64,000 bases of DNA from the human T2T-CHM13v2.0 reference genome, Homo sapiens (GCF_009914755.1 NC_060926.1), one strand, 5' to 3'; positions 46,957-61,454 are shown, counted from the stretch's first letter. A program made the numbers and translations. Notes: generated from the letters alone by a model not told the origin.

Positions 46957-47255
46957 GGCCAGGCGCGGTGGCTCACGCCTGTAATCCCAGCACTTTGGGA
47001 GGCCGAGGCGGGCGGATCACGAGGTCAGGAGATCGAGACCATCCTGGCTAACACGGTGAAACCCTGTCTCTAGCAAAAATACAAAAAAATTAGCCAGGCG
47101 TGGTGGCGGGCGCCTGTAGTTCCAGGTACTCTGGAGGCTGAGGCAGGAGAATGGCGTGAACCTGGGAGGCGGAGCTTGCAGTGAGCCGACCATCGTGCCA
47201 CTGCACTCCAGCCTGGGCGACAGAGCGAGACTCCGTCTCAAAAAAAAAAAAAAAA
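46957..47255 (+). mobile_element. AluY in PHOSPHO2 intron 2
   Basis: AluY diagnostics; TSD aaaaagt(g/t)tcaagaactgg. Confidence 0.92.
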
Positions 47256-48607
47256 GTTTCAAGAACTGGGAAGGAACAGAGATTTTTACCCTGTTTGCAG
47301 GCTAACTTAGCCTGGCAGTTTCATGGAAGACACAAGACTATTCATTTCAGGAATGAATTACTCCCAGCAGTAGCCAGTAAATCAGCAATTTCGCCTGAGT
47401 TCCCTAAAGCCCCAGTTCCCACAGGATAATGCAAAGTGGGCAAGAAGTCACCTAGATGTAGTGTGTGTCGAATTACAGGAAAGGAGCCCTGAGCTTAGGG
47501 AACCCAGATCTTTATCATTTGGACAAATAAGCATGTTTCTCAAGGCTGTCCAGTGTACAAACATCCTTGAGACAATAGTCTAGAGGAAAGGGCAGTCAGT
47601 AAGACATGCAGAACCACCAGAGACGCAGGGAAAATTGTCTCCCAACAACAATTTTCTGGAATTTTAACAAAATTGGTTACAAAAGTATTGAATCTCATGA
47701 TTTGATGTCAGTTACTTGCCAATTTGACATGGTGGTCAGATATAATTTGACTTCAGACTCGAGATTCCAGCTCCAACCTGTGGATTGTCACAACCAAGTC
47801 AATCTAGAGTTATTTGTCCTATACCCACCACTCTTTTATTTCTTTGTTGTGAATTTAATAAGGTAGCATATGCACTCTGATCTGAAACAGAGTTTAAATT
47901 ATTCTGAGAAGAAAAAAATTTTATTACAAAATTGATGTAGAAAAAGTGTGAACTACGGTTGAACCAACCATAACCATCCCACTGCACATGTAAACATTTT
48001 CTAAAACAAAAACAGGATTATACTGTACACACTATTTTGTGACTTGCTTATTTAATTTGAACTGAATATCTTGGCTTTTACTGGCTGGATATTCTGTTAT
48101 TTGCTATCACATGCATATCTTACTTAATTATTTCCCAATTCTTGGATGTCTGTGTAGTTTTTAATTTTCATTATTGTGTAAAGTATGCAGGATATTGTTA
48201 CACTATGGAAACATTGCAGACATACCAAATAGACATAGATTGTGCTTTTGAAGAGAACAGTTAACTTTTTGGAATTTTAACAAATTGGTTTCAAAACAGA
48301 TTCACATTCTTAAAACTAAATCTTTGTTCATATCCTTAATTTTTGGAGACATTTTAATTTCTAGTACAGCACTAAATGTCTATTGACAACAGAATGTGGA
48401 ACTCCTCTATTATTAAACAAGTACAAAGAAAAAATGGACTCTGAAAATCTCAATCAGCTTAACACTGATTTTATCCACTGGACAAAAACTTATTTTCACA
48501 TAACATTTCTTATTTTCGACACCAAGTCGATACCAAGTGGAAAGCAAAACTTTGTTCTCCTATTGCCAAAAGATGCTTTTCTGACATTAGAAAAACAACA
48601 TAATTAG

Positions 48608-48919
<312 letters not shown>

Positions 48920-48966
48920 TGAAAATACAAATGTTAAAGCTTTTAAAATACTTTTATTAATTTTAG

Positions 48967-49137
48967 GAGTTAAGAAGTTTCCATTATTTTGCTCCAAACC
49001 AGAAGACTCTGTTCCCTGTATATAGAATAGGAGTAATATTTGAAAACAACTGGCTGATGTTTAAAACTGAAGATTGTCATGATTGTTTATCCTAATCCCA
49101 ATGCTGAAGTAAGATTGTCTTGGAAATACTAAGTTGG
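48967..49137 (+). other. PHOSPHO2: PHOSPHO2 171-nt 5'UTR exon 3
   Basis: ttaattttag acceptor and TGG|gtaagt donor; a weaker alternative donor GAA|gtaaga lies at 49109. Confidence 0.7.
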
Positions 49138-50607
49138 GTAAGTATTTTTTAAAGGTTTATGTTGAGTGGTGAGAAAATACTAACAGAAAAAGATGGGAAA
49201 ATTTTAAAAGTGCACTTTCAGATCAGCAGGGGAACTATGTTACCTCAGTCTCATGCTATTTTGAGGCTAATAATTCAGGAATTTCAGTAATTTGTGGCTA
49301 ATTAAGTTTAGGTTTGAGGCAGTTTTCAAACAACAGTGAGTTACATTTGAAATTTGTTTTAATTATAAATTCAGAATTCTCAAAAAGCATATTTAATTTA
49401 AAATGTGCCTAGTTACAGTACTACTGTGATTGTCAATTATGCCTTATTATTTATTACATTGTTTCTGTAGGAAAGTGAATTCTGCATTTAAATTTCAGGG
49501 AACCAGTCAGAAGCATCTGGATTAGGCATTTAGTGATACAAGGATCCAGAATAACAAAAACTATGTACCAGCCACATTCACACAACAGGTGATACCCCTA
49601 TAGGTTAATTATTCTCTAGATATTCTAAATTAAGAGACACAGAATACTTAGTCTTATGTGAGTCAAGAGCTCTATTCTGTCTTCACTACTGGGTGTCTAC
49701 TGTTATAAACTGGAGAATATGTGTGGTTAAATGCCATGTTTTTCATTTTTAATTGATCTTTTTCTTATTGCTGTGGTTCTTTGCCTTTTTAGGATTTCTT
49801 GTAAAAACCTCAAAATGGTTATAAAGAGTATCACAGATGTGGTGTTATGGTTAGTGTGTACTTTGAAAGTAATGAATGTTTTTATGTAATTAAATATCTT
49901 TCTGCCAAAATTACCTACTTAGTGTTATATTTTTAAACTAATGAGTAGTCATTAAATATTCTATTTTTTAACACTAGAATTTGGTACTTAAAAGCATGAA
50001 GTCTGGAATCAAATCAACCTAAGATTCCAGCTCTGGCACTTTACTAACACCTAACCACTTCAAGATCCAGCTTATATATCTTTAAGATGAGGATAATAAT
50101 GATTCCTACTTAATAGGGTTGTGACAATTAAATGGTATGATATTGCAAAGTTTTTAGGTCAGTGCCTGACATATAATGACTCTCAAAATTATTATTATTA
50201 TCTGTTTACACACATTAATTATATCCTTTTCTGGATATTCTATATAGTTATTTTTTATAAATAATGTTTATTCTTACCATCAGTTGACCAGCTTATTCTT
50301 TCCTTTTCTCTTGAGAGTTATAATTAATCACCTTCATTATATTCTAATGAAAACAGAGACATAAGTAATTGTCACACCACAAACAGTATGATTACTCAGG
50401 TGTATTCAAATTATTTGGCACCCCAGAGCTAAACTATCTAGAGCAGCTATAAATAAACATGTGAAAACTCTTAACCAAGTTACTTCTAGTTTGGAAGAAT
50501 TAAATTGGCCTCCAGTTCTCAGGTAATTTGTTTAGAATATCATATAGAGTGTCAGCAATCATTTACTTATAATATTGATATTTAGAAATTGATTTTAAGC
50601 TAAATAC

Positions 50608-52083
50608 TTTTTTAATTTTTTTGATTTCCACCTTTTAAGTTCAGGGGTACATGTGCAGGATGTGTAGATTTGTTACATAGGTAAGCATGTGCCCTGATGG
50701 TTTGCTGCACAGATCATCACATCACCTAGGTATTGAGCCCAGCATCCACTAGCTGTTTTCCTGATGCTCTGCCTCCTCCCACCCCCACCCTCTGACAGGT
50801 CCCAGGGTATGTTATTCCCTTCCACGTGTTCTCATGATTCAGCTCCCACTTATAAGTGAGAACACATGGTGTTTGGTTTTTCTTGTTGTTGTTCCTGTGT
50901 TAGTTTGCTGAGGATAATGGCTTCCAGATCCATCCATGTCCCTGTAAAGGACATCATCTCATTCCTTTTTATAGCTGCATAATATTCCATGGTGTATAAG
51001 TACCTCATTTTCTTTATCCAGTCTGTCATTGATGGGCATTTAGGTTGATCCCATGTCTTTGCTATTGTGAACAGTGCTGCAGTGAACATACGCTTGCATG
51101 TATCTTTATAATAGAATGATTTACATTCCTTTGGGTATATACCCAGTAATGGGATTACTGGGTCAAGTGGTATTTCTGCCTCTACGTCTTTGAGGAATCA
51201 CCACACTGTCTTCCACGATGGTTGAACTAATTTAATTTACACTCCTACCAACAGTGTAAAAGTGTTCCTTTTTCTCCACAACCTTGCCAGCATCTGTTAT
51301 TTTTTGGCTTTTTAATAATAGCCATTCTGACTAGTATAAGATGGTATCTCGTTGTGGCTTTAGTTTGCATTTCTCTAATGATCAGTGATGTTGAGCTTTT
51401 TTTTCATATATTTCTTGGGCACATGTATTGTCTTCTTTCCAGAATTGTCTGTTTGTGTCTTTGCCCACTTCTTAATGGGGCTGTTTGTTTTTTCTTGTAA
51501 ATTTGTTTAAGTTCCTTATCAAGGAACTACATGATTCTTATCAAAAAGGATTTTGGACAGATTTTATGGGCAGAGTCTTTAACTATTTGGGAGCTAAAGG
51601 TGTAAGAGAAGATAAAATGAAAAGAGCAGTGACATCGATGCCTTTCACTTCAGGGATGGTGGAACTTTTCAACTTTATAATAGTTGGCTGGATATTAGAC
51701 CTTTGTCAGATGGATAAATTGCAAAAATTTTCTCCCATTCTCTAAGTTGTCTGTTTACTCTGTTGATAGTTTCTTTTGCTGTGCAGAAGCTCTTTAGTTT
51801 AATTAGATACCATTTGTCAATTTTTGCTGTTGTTGCATTTGCTTTTGGCATCTTTGTCATGAAACCTTTGCCTTTGCTGTGTCCTGAATTGTATTGCCTA
51901 GATTTTCTTCTAGGTTTTTTATAGTGTTGGGTTTTACACTTAAGTCTTTAATCCACCTTGAGTTGATTTTTGTATATGGTGTTAAGGAAGGGGTCCAGTT
52001 TCAGTTTTCTGCATATGGCTAGCCAGTTATCCCAGCACCATTTATTAAATAGGGAATCCTTTCCCCATTGCTTGTTTTTGTTA
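50608..52083 (-). mobile_element. 5'-truncated L1PA (older primate subfamily) in the last PHOSPHO2 intron
   Basis: L1 3'UTR and ORF2 C-terminal fragments (MFTAALFTIAKTWDQPKCPS; [18 protein letters not shown]); TSD CTAAATAC(T/C)TTTT at about 50600 and 52084. Confidence 0.92.
51524..51680 (+). repeat. 157-bp diverged copy of PHOSPHO2 CDS 52680-52836 inserted in an L1
   Basis: Gap-free alignment with 12 substitutions; flanked on both sides by contiguous L1 sequence. Confidence 0.95.
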
Positions 52084-52580
52084 CTAAATACCTTTTCTTA
52101 AAAAGTTATTTTACATCTTCCAAGATTTCATGTTATGTTAAATTTGTTCAGAATTTTGGTTAGTACACAGAGAGTCCTTTATACATGATCTGTTATTTAA
52201 TATGAGGATTGTAAATATTTTAATCTAATAAAATAAGTGTGGTTTGATTGATAATTTAATGATAGTAAGAAATGCTTTTTTTTCTTTCTTATAAATTCTA
52301 TAAGAAACACACCTCCAGGAACACAATAATACTATGAATGTCCTTTTTATATATTTTGTTTTCCACTTAAAATACTCAAATACGAACTTTGCTTCTTAGA
52401 GAAAAGTGGTTAGGTAGTGGTCTTGAAGTGCTTAATTACTTTGTTTATGTTCCTCCCTTTAGCAGATTAACATTTAGTTATGTTTATTAAATAAGTATTT
52501 TAGCTAGATATGTAAACAGAGTTTGTTTAGGGAATAATATTTCTTCTTTTTCAGGGTAATCCAAATCTATTTCTGGAACC

Positions 52581-53306
52581 ATGAAAATTTTGCTAGTTTT
52601 TGACTTTGACAATACAATCATAGATGACAATAGTGACACTTGGATTGTACAATGTGCTCCCAACAAAAAGCTTCCTATTGAACTACGTGATTCTTATCGA
52701 AAAGGATTTTGGACAGAATTTATGGGCAGAGTCTTTAAGTATTTGGGAGATAAGGGTGTAAGAGAACATGAAATGAAAAGAGCAGTGACATCATTGCCTT
52801 TCACTCCAGGGATGGTGGAACTCTTCAACTTTATAAGAAAGAATAAGGATAAATTTGACTGCATTATTATTTCAGATTCAAATTCGGTCTTCATAGATTG
52901 GGTTTTAGAAGCTGCCAGTTTTCATGACATATTTGATAAAGTGTTTACAAATCCAGCAGCTTTTAATAGCAATGGTCATCTCACTGTTGAAAATTATCAT
53001 ACTCATTCTTGCAATAGATGCCCAAAGAATCTTTGCAAAAAGGTAGTTTTGATAGAATTTGTAGATAAACAGTTACAACAGGGAGTGAATTATACACAAA
53101 TTGTTTATATTGGTGATGGTGGAAATGATGTCTGTCCAGTCACCTTTTTAAAGAATGATGATGTTGCCATGCCACGGAAAGGATATACCTTACAGAAAAC
53201 TCTTTCCAGAATGTCTCAAAATCTTGAGCCTATGGAATATTCTGTTGTAGTTTGGTCCTCAGGTGTTGATATAATTTCTCATTTACAATTTCTAATAAAG
53301 GATTAA
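52581..53306 (+). CDS. PHOSPHO2: Pyridoxal phosphate phosphatase PHOSPHO2, 241 aa, HAD superfamily, intronless CDS
   Basis: HAD motif I VFDFDNT, motif II IISDSN, Lys motif NLCKK, motif IV YIGDGGND; ACCATG start; strong acceptor tttcttctttttcag ending at 52554. Confidence 0.97.
   Translation: MKILLVFDFDNTIIDDNSDTWIVQCAPNKKLPIELRDSYRKGFWTEFMGRVFKYLGDKGVREHEMKRAVTSLPFTPGMVELFNFIRKNKDKFDCIIISDSNSVFIDWVLEAASFHDIFDKVFTNPAAFNSNGHLTVENYHTHSCNRCPKNLCKKVVLIEFVDKQLQQGVNYTQIVYIGDGGNDVCPVTFLKNDDVAMPRKGYTLQKTLSRMSQNLEPMEYSVVVWSSGVDIISHLQFLIKD
53294..53299 (+). terminator. PHOSPHO2: Candidate AATAAA poly(A) signal overlapping the last PHOSPHO2 codons
   Basis: CTA ATA AAG (Leu-Ile-Lys) contains AATAAA; a CA dinucleotide lies at 53315-53316; the next AATAAA hexamers I found are at about 54185 and 54214. 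Confidence 0.55.
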
Positions 53307-53324
53307 TATGTCAGCAATTGAAAA

Positions 53325-53780
53325 GTGTATCACTTAAGATTAGGTTCAGCAGCATAAAACTAAAACCCCAAATACCAGAGGCTTAAAAAAAAAAAAGAGA
53401 GAGAATTTTTTTTTCCTCTCACATGAAAGAATTCCAGAGGTAAGTATTTCAGGGTTGCTGTGTTAGTCTACCAACCTCAGCACTTGGCATTCAACCCATG
53501 ATCCAAGGTTGCTGGTGAAGCTCTAGCCCTCACAGCAGCACTCTGGCCAGCAAGAAAGAGGGCAGTGAGAAAGTTACATCCCCTGTCTAAAGAAATTTCC
53601 CAGAAGTTGTACCCAACACTTCTATTTAAATGTCACTGGCCAAACTTAGTCATAATGCCTTACTTGTAAATAGCAAGGAAGGATGGAAAATATAGCTTTC
53701 ATTCCAGGTAGTCATGTGCCCAGGAAAAGTTGGGGAAAAAAGTACAGAATTGAGTTAGGTACAGCTAGTGGTCTCCACTA
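53325..53780. mobile_element. Old MLT1-type LTR directly after the PHOSPHO2 stop
   Basis: gattaggttcagc...ggcttaaa; cactggccaaacttagtcat motifs. Confidence 0.55.
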
Positions 53781-53856
53781 AAGGTGGTTGATAGTTTATA
53801 TTTTTTAATTTATTCCTGGAGCAAGTAAGCATATTTTATTCTCTTAGATATTCCTC

Positions 53857-54139
53857 CTTTTTTGAGACAAGGTCTCTGTCACCCAGCCTGGATTGCAGTG
53901 ACTTGATCTCCGCACATTGCAGCCCCAACCGCCTGGGCTCAAGTGATGCTCGCACCTCAGCCTCCTGAGGAGCTAGGACTACAGGCTCGTGCCATCATGC
54001 CAGCTAATGTTTTGTTATTTTTTGTTAGAGATGAGGTCTCACTACTTTGCACAGATCTCAAAATCTTAGATTCAAGTGATCCTCCTGCCTTGGTTTCCCA
54101 AAGTTCTGGGATTACAGGCATGAGCCACTGTGGCCAGCC
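53857..54139 (-). mobile_element. AluJ
   Basis: Diverged antisense Alu. Confidence 0.85.
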
Positions 54140-54732
54140 AGATATTTATTTTAAAAGTATGTCCAGTAGTTACAGATCTTAAAAAATAAAGTCTGATGCT
54201 TTATTCACATAAGAATAAAAGGCTACCAAATTTATATAATATCCTCCCAAACCAGTGTATTTTAAAGATAGGGATGCAGTATCTATTGTTGAAGTTTTCA
54301 TCAATTTCAGGCTTTCCGTTTGAAGTGAAGTACATATTAATGTCCTTCAGATATTCTAACTTTATATCATAGCACCATAGACAACTACAGTAGCTAGTTT
54401 AATCGGTGTGTTGTTTATATTTGGCAATGCAGTTTTGAGCAATTCAATACTGTATGTAATTTGCAGGAATACTCAGTATTTAAGACTTTCATATAGGGAT
54501 ATTAGCAAAATATCAACTGATCTAAAATGTTTTATAAGTCCATGCTAATTTCTAGATTGATGTTTTAGCCATAAAAATGCAGTATTTAATAATATTTTAT
54601 TTTCCAAATTATGGAAAGCTTCAGAAATAGAAATATTCAATATAATTAGTACTCTCTAATCTTTTTTCTAGGTTGAAAAATCTTTGTTTTGCTTTAGGTT
54701 AGATTATGTTGAAACACATCTGTGTTTCAGAT

Positions 54733-54893
54733 GTGTTCAGAGCTGAGGTCTCAGCTGAGGCTCCACTGAAGCAGGATTCACTTCCAAAATAACAGAGTTG
54801 TTGCCAATATTCAGTTCGTAGCAAACTACTGGAACAAGAATCTGTTTTCTTGCTGAGTGAATTTCTTGCCATGTGGCCCTCTCCAAATGCTGG
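54733..54893 (-). repeat. Inverted local copy of MLT1 segment 55901-56083
   Basis: The reverse complement shares runs that look locus-specific (gttattttggaagtgaatcctg, cagcaagaaaacagat) with the neighbouring MLT1; about 20 bp are deleted internally. Confidence 0.75.
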
Positions 54894-55699
54894 ACATAAA
54901 AAAGTAGGCTGAGCACAATGGCTCACACCTGTAATCCCAGCAGTTTGGGAAGCCAAAGTAGGAGGATCGCTTGAGGCCAGGAGTTCAAAACTAGCCTGGG
55001 CAATATAGGGAGACCCCCATCTCTACAATAAATAAAAATAAAAGCTTTCATTTACAATGATGGTAGACCAAGAAATTTGTCCTAGATCTTCACTGAGAAC
55101 ATCTAGAAAAGCTGGCAGCTGAACAAAATTTTAAAAACATCTGGGCTGGGCACGGTGGCTCACACCTTTAATCCCAGCACTTTGGGAGGCAAGGCTAGGG
55201 GATCACTTGAGCTCAGGAGTTTGAGAACAGCCTCAGCAACATAGGGAGACCCCATCTCTTAAAAAAAAAAAAAGATAAACTAAAAATAAATTAATTAAAA
55301 ACACCTGGTTGAAGACATCAGCGAGCTGGCAACAATGAAGAATTCCTAAGGAAACAGAAACTTTGTTAGGGGAGCTGTTTTCCCTTGTGTTGGCCAATTC
55401 TGTGAGTGGTAAGTGATTGCTGAGCTGTTGAATGGCCATTTTGACAACCTTATGGGACAAGGAAGAAGGGGCCTGCACTGGTAAACCCTTTCCCTTACTT
55501 GGAGTGAGGATCCCAAATGGCTACTCATTAGGAGTAACAGTGGTCCAGAAGTAAGCAGGCCTTCAAAGGGATGGCAGCTCAGCTTCAAATACCCTCAGTT
55601 TCTGAAATTAGATTGAGGTTATCTAAGGTTTTTAGAGCTCTCAGATGCATGGCAGAAGCAAATCTACATTTGCTTTTCAGGAAGAAATTAACATCCTAG

Positions 55700-56236
55700 G
55701 TGTGGCAGACAGACTCTAAGGTGGCCACTATGATCCCTGTCCCCTGGTATTCCTTGTGTGGAGGGAGACTCCCATGACTTGATTCTAATCCATAGACTAC
55801 CACGAAGATGATGAGATGGACATGATTACAGCAAATTCTAATGTTCATCTTATTAAGAGACTCTTGTTGACTTTGAAGAAGCAAGCTGCCATGATGTAAA
55901 CCAGCCTTTGGAGAGGGCCTCATGGCAAGAAACTAAGGGTGGCCTCTAGCCAGTAGTCAGCAAGAAAACAGATCCTTGTTCTAGTAGTGTGCCAGGAACT
56001 GAAGATTGCCAACAACCTTGTTATTTTGGAAGTGAATCCTGGTTCAGTGGAGCCCTAGCTGAGACCTTAGCTCTGGCTAACACCTTGATTGCAGTCTTTT
56101 GAGACCAGGAAACAGAAAGAAGCCAGCTAATCTGTGCTTGGACTCCTGACCCACAGAACCTGTGAGATAATAAATGTGTCTTGTTCTTAACACACCAGAT
56201 TTGTGGTAATATTGTTACACAGTGTAGAAAACTAAC
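55700..56236 (+). mobile_element. MLT1 LTR (MLT1E-like)
   Basis: tgtggcagacagactctaaggtggcc...gagataataaatg...agaaaactaaca. Confidence 0.75.
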
Positions 56237-56975
56237 AAACTAGGCCTCAAAATAAATCTATAAACAGTTTTGCAGGTACACTGTAGAACACACAATAAAA
56301 AGTAGCCACAGAAAGAGACATGAGTGAATACCAGCAGGAGCTTCTATTTAAACATCTGTAGGGACCTCCAGATATTGGAGTTTTCAGAGACAAGCTTAAA
56401 AAAAAAAAGAAAAAGAAAATTAAACTTACAAGAATTTTGGCAAAGAACTGAAAATTATATTAAAAACAAAATGAAACAGCTAGATGGGGGGGATAAGTTC
56501 TAGCATTCTTCTGCACTGTAGGATGACTATAGTTAATAATATATATTTCCAAATAGAGGATATTGAATGTTCCCAACACAAATGAGAAATGTTTTGAGTT
56601 GAAGAATATGCTGATTTCCCTGATCTAATCACTGTGCAGTAAATGTATCAACATATCACCATATATGCCATAAATATGTACAATTATTTTGTGTCAATTT
56701 AAAAAAAATTTTAAAGGAAACACTAGAACTGAAAATTAGCATGCTTGAAATTAGGAGACTGATGGATAGAATTGACAGAACAGGCATAGCTGAAGAAAGA
56801 ATTGTTGAATGAACACAAATTAGAAAAAAAAATCCAGAATGATGCAGAGAGACAAAATAATAAAAATACAAAAGTTGAGACATAGATTTAGTAAAAGATC
56901 TAACAGAGGAAATTTATGTCCCAAGAGAGGAGAGAGAAAATGAAACATAAGCAATAGTTTAAGAGATAATTATTG

Positions 56976-57280
56976 GCTGGGCGTGGTGGCTCATGCCTGT
57001 AATCTCAGCACTTTGGGAGGCCTAGGCAGGTGGATCACAAGGTCAGGAGACCGAGACCATCCTGGCTAACATGGTGAAACACCACCTCTACTAAAAATAC
57101 AAAAAAATTAGCCAGGTATGGTGGTGGGCGCCTGTGGTCCCAGCTACTCGGGAGGCTGAGGCAGGAGAATGGTGTGAACCCGGGAGGTGGAGCTTGCTTG
57201 CAGTGAGCCGAGATTGCACCACTGCACTTCAGCCTGGGGGACAGATTGAGACTCTGTCTCAAAAAAAAGAAAAAAAAAAG
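56976..57280 (+). mobile_element. AluY/Sc within L1M fragments
   Basis: Alu consensus; TSD agataattatt. Confidence 0.88.
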
Positions 57281-57726
57281 ATAATTATTAAAAACTTTAC
57301 AAAATTGAAAGATAGATCCTGAGGCAGGACTTGGGTAAAACAAACAAACAAAAAAATACAAAAAATATATTTAAAAACTTTGTAAAAAAATTGAAAGACA
57401 TCAAACTTCAGATTCAAGAACGCTTATAAACCCCAAACAGGATAAATAAAATGAAAACCACATGAAATTACACCATTGTAAAACTGCTGATAACCAAAGA
57501 TGGAAAAAGTATAAAGAAGCCAAAAGAAATATTACTTTGAAAGGAGCAACAATTAAGCTAATAGCTGGCATTTTTTCTTTCTTTCTTAAATGCTTGATAG
57601 AATACAACAGTGAAACTATCCAGACCTGGAGTTTTCTCTGTTGAAAGGTTTTAACCACGAATTCCATTTCTTTTACGGATATAGGACATTGTGAAGCTTT
57701 TCTTGAGCAAGCTTTGGTAGTTTGAT

Positions 57727-58927
<1,201 letters not shown>

Positions 58928-59905
58928 TGTCACTTGAGGACTTTGTTCATTTGGTCAAAGTAGTGAAATTTATGAGCATGTTTTTCATAATGTTCTTTTA
59001 TTAACCCTTTAATTTTATAGCATATGCCTATATGCCCACTATCTAGATTCTACCATTAACATTTGACTCTTCTTGTTTTGTCATATATCTATCTATTCTT
59101 CTATGTAGCCATCCTTTTTTTTCTTCCGCCTTTTTTACGTAAGTATTGTCTTTTCTCTTTTCTTCTTTGCTCCCCAGTTGATTAAACCAGTGTTTCTCTG
59201 GGGCTGATTGGGACTCAAGTGTCTTCCAGCTTTGTGTGAGCTCTGGGAATTGTTTAGCTTATAGTTCCGAGGGTCATTCTCTGCCCAGACTTACTGGGTT
59301 TCATCCTACACAAGTATATCTTAGTATTCAACCACAGACTCAAGGGGACATCCTCCCTTGCAGATTTCTGGAACTCTTTCTTGATTTACCTTCTTCCTTT
59401 CTGGTACTCTGCCCTGCAAATTCCAGCCACTTTTGCCTCCCCAAACTGATCTCCATTCCTTCAACTCAACAAGACTACTGTGGTCTGTTTGGGGGATCCC
59501 CCCCTCCCCACACCTTGGGCTGGAATGTGTCTCCAGGCAAAAGTACAGGCAATTATAAGGCTCTCCTCATTTGTTTCTTCTCTCTCAGGGACCACAGTTC
59601 TGTACTGCTTGTTGACCAATGCTTGAAAACTGTTATTTCATATCTTTTGTCCAGTTTTTAAATTATTTACAGTGGGAGGATTAGTCCAGTCCCACTTCCT
59701 CCAGAAAGAGTAATTCTGGAATCTCATTTTTATTTTCTAATGCAACATAGTGGTAAGACCTCCACTCTGAATTAGAAAGACCTGAATTTGAATTCTAGCT
59801 CTGAATTGAATAAATAGCTTCTTAATATTGTGGTTTTCTTTTAAGTGGGGATAATGAAATTCCCTATCTCCTGAGATTATTGTGAAGATTTACTGAATTA
59901 GGCAT

Positions 59906-60350
59906 TGTATTAATTTACTGTGGCTGCTGTAACAAATTACTACAAACTGGGTGACTTAAAACACAGTTTTGGAGACCAAAAGTCCAAAACAGTTTCACTG
60001 AGCTGAAATCAAGGTGTCAATAGGACCACGGTCCTTCGCGGGCCCTAGGGGGGATTCATTCCTTGCCTCTTCCACCTTCTGATGGCCACAGGCCTTTGGC
60101 TTATGGCTGCATCACTCCAATCTCTGCCTTCATAGTTACATTCTTTTCTCCTCTTCTCTCTGTATCAAATTCCCCTCTGCCCCTTTCTTATAAGGATTGC
60201 ATTTAGGACCCGCCCAGATAATCTAGGATAATCCCCTCATTTTTAAGATCCTTAATCACATCTGCAACCCATTTTTCTTACAAGGCAACATTTACAAGTT
60301 TCAGGGATTAGAACATGATGTCTTTCTGTGGCCATTATTTAGCCTACTAC
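59906..60350 (-). mobile_element. MLT1 LTR
   Basis: ggctgctgtaacaaattac..caaactgggtgacttaaaaca...attatttagcctac. Confidence 0.75.
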
Positions 60351-61056
60351 GAGGTGATAAAGCATTTGACACACATTCACTAATAATCAAAACATTTAAC
60401 AAACACTACAAGGCACCAAGGCACCAACCTATCAGATAATAATCACCAACTAATAAGAATGGATGCTGGCCACAAACCCCCCTAACAGTGCCTTTGGCTG
60501 AATAGCAGCCCTGTACTTGCCATATGCCAGCATCTCACACATCCTATACACCGAATAAATATGAGTTCATTGAGATCCGACTTAAGTCATTTCTACTACT
60601 TCTTAAATGTCTGGGCATGTTCTTTGGTCATTTATTTGCAGGGTCTTGTGTTCTGCTTCTCTATTTGTCTGAGTACTTCATATAGGGAGGATGCTAACAT
60701 TCGCATATTTGTGACAAATGTTTGCATTATATTGTGTTAATATTTTCTAAATCTTATACTTGATTATATGTATCTAGATAATATGTTCTTAACCTTCATT
60801 TTTAAATATATACATTTAAATTGAGTATATGGCTTATTATCTCATTAGGTTGTATTAAACTTAATGAAATAAATATACTGATATACACTAACTAGGCTTT
60901 TTGAATGCAAGATTCTTCTTTAAATCTTTTTCTTTGCAAACAAAAGGATCTCTGTTTTCCCCAAAGATAAGCAAATTTGTCATGGCCAGTTTTTATTATG
61001 CTTAAACATGCACTTATAAAATAGAGATGTTAGAGTTAAATGTGAATTGCAAAGAC

Positions 61057-61367
<311 letters not shown>

Positions 61368-61454
61368 GAAAAGACTATTAAAGTCATGATAGGGTTGGAT
61401 AGAGAAGTAGAGTATAGAAACCTCTTGTTTGTCACATGAGTCTCTTTAGGACAG

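Noticed and set aside
47652-48297. About 27-bp direct repeat tggaattttaacaaa(a)ttggtt(a/t)caaaa at about 47657 and 48270
   Set aside because: Too short and AT-rich to count confidently as a further templated copy.
51485-51745. 86-aa ORF resembling a PHOSPHO2 paralog
   Set aside because: Chimera of antisense L1 and the 157-bp insert; TTG start, no HAD motifs, mostly non-synonymous changes. Reported as an insertion, not a gene.
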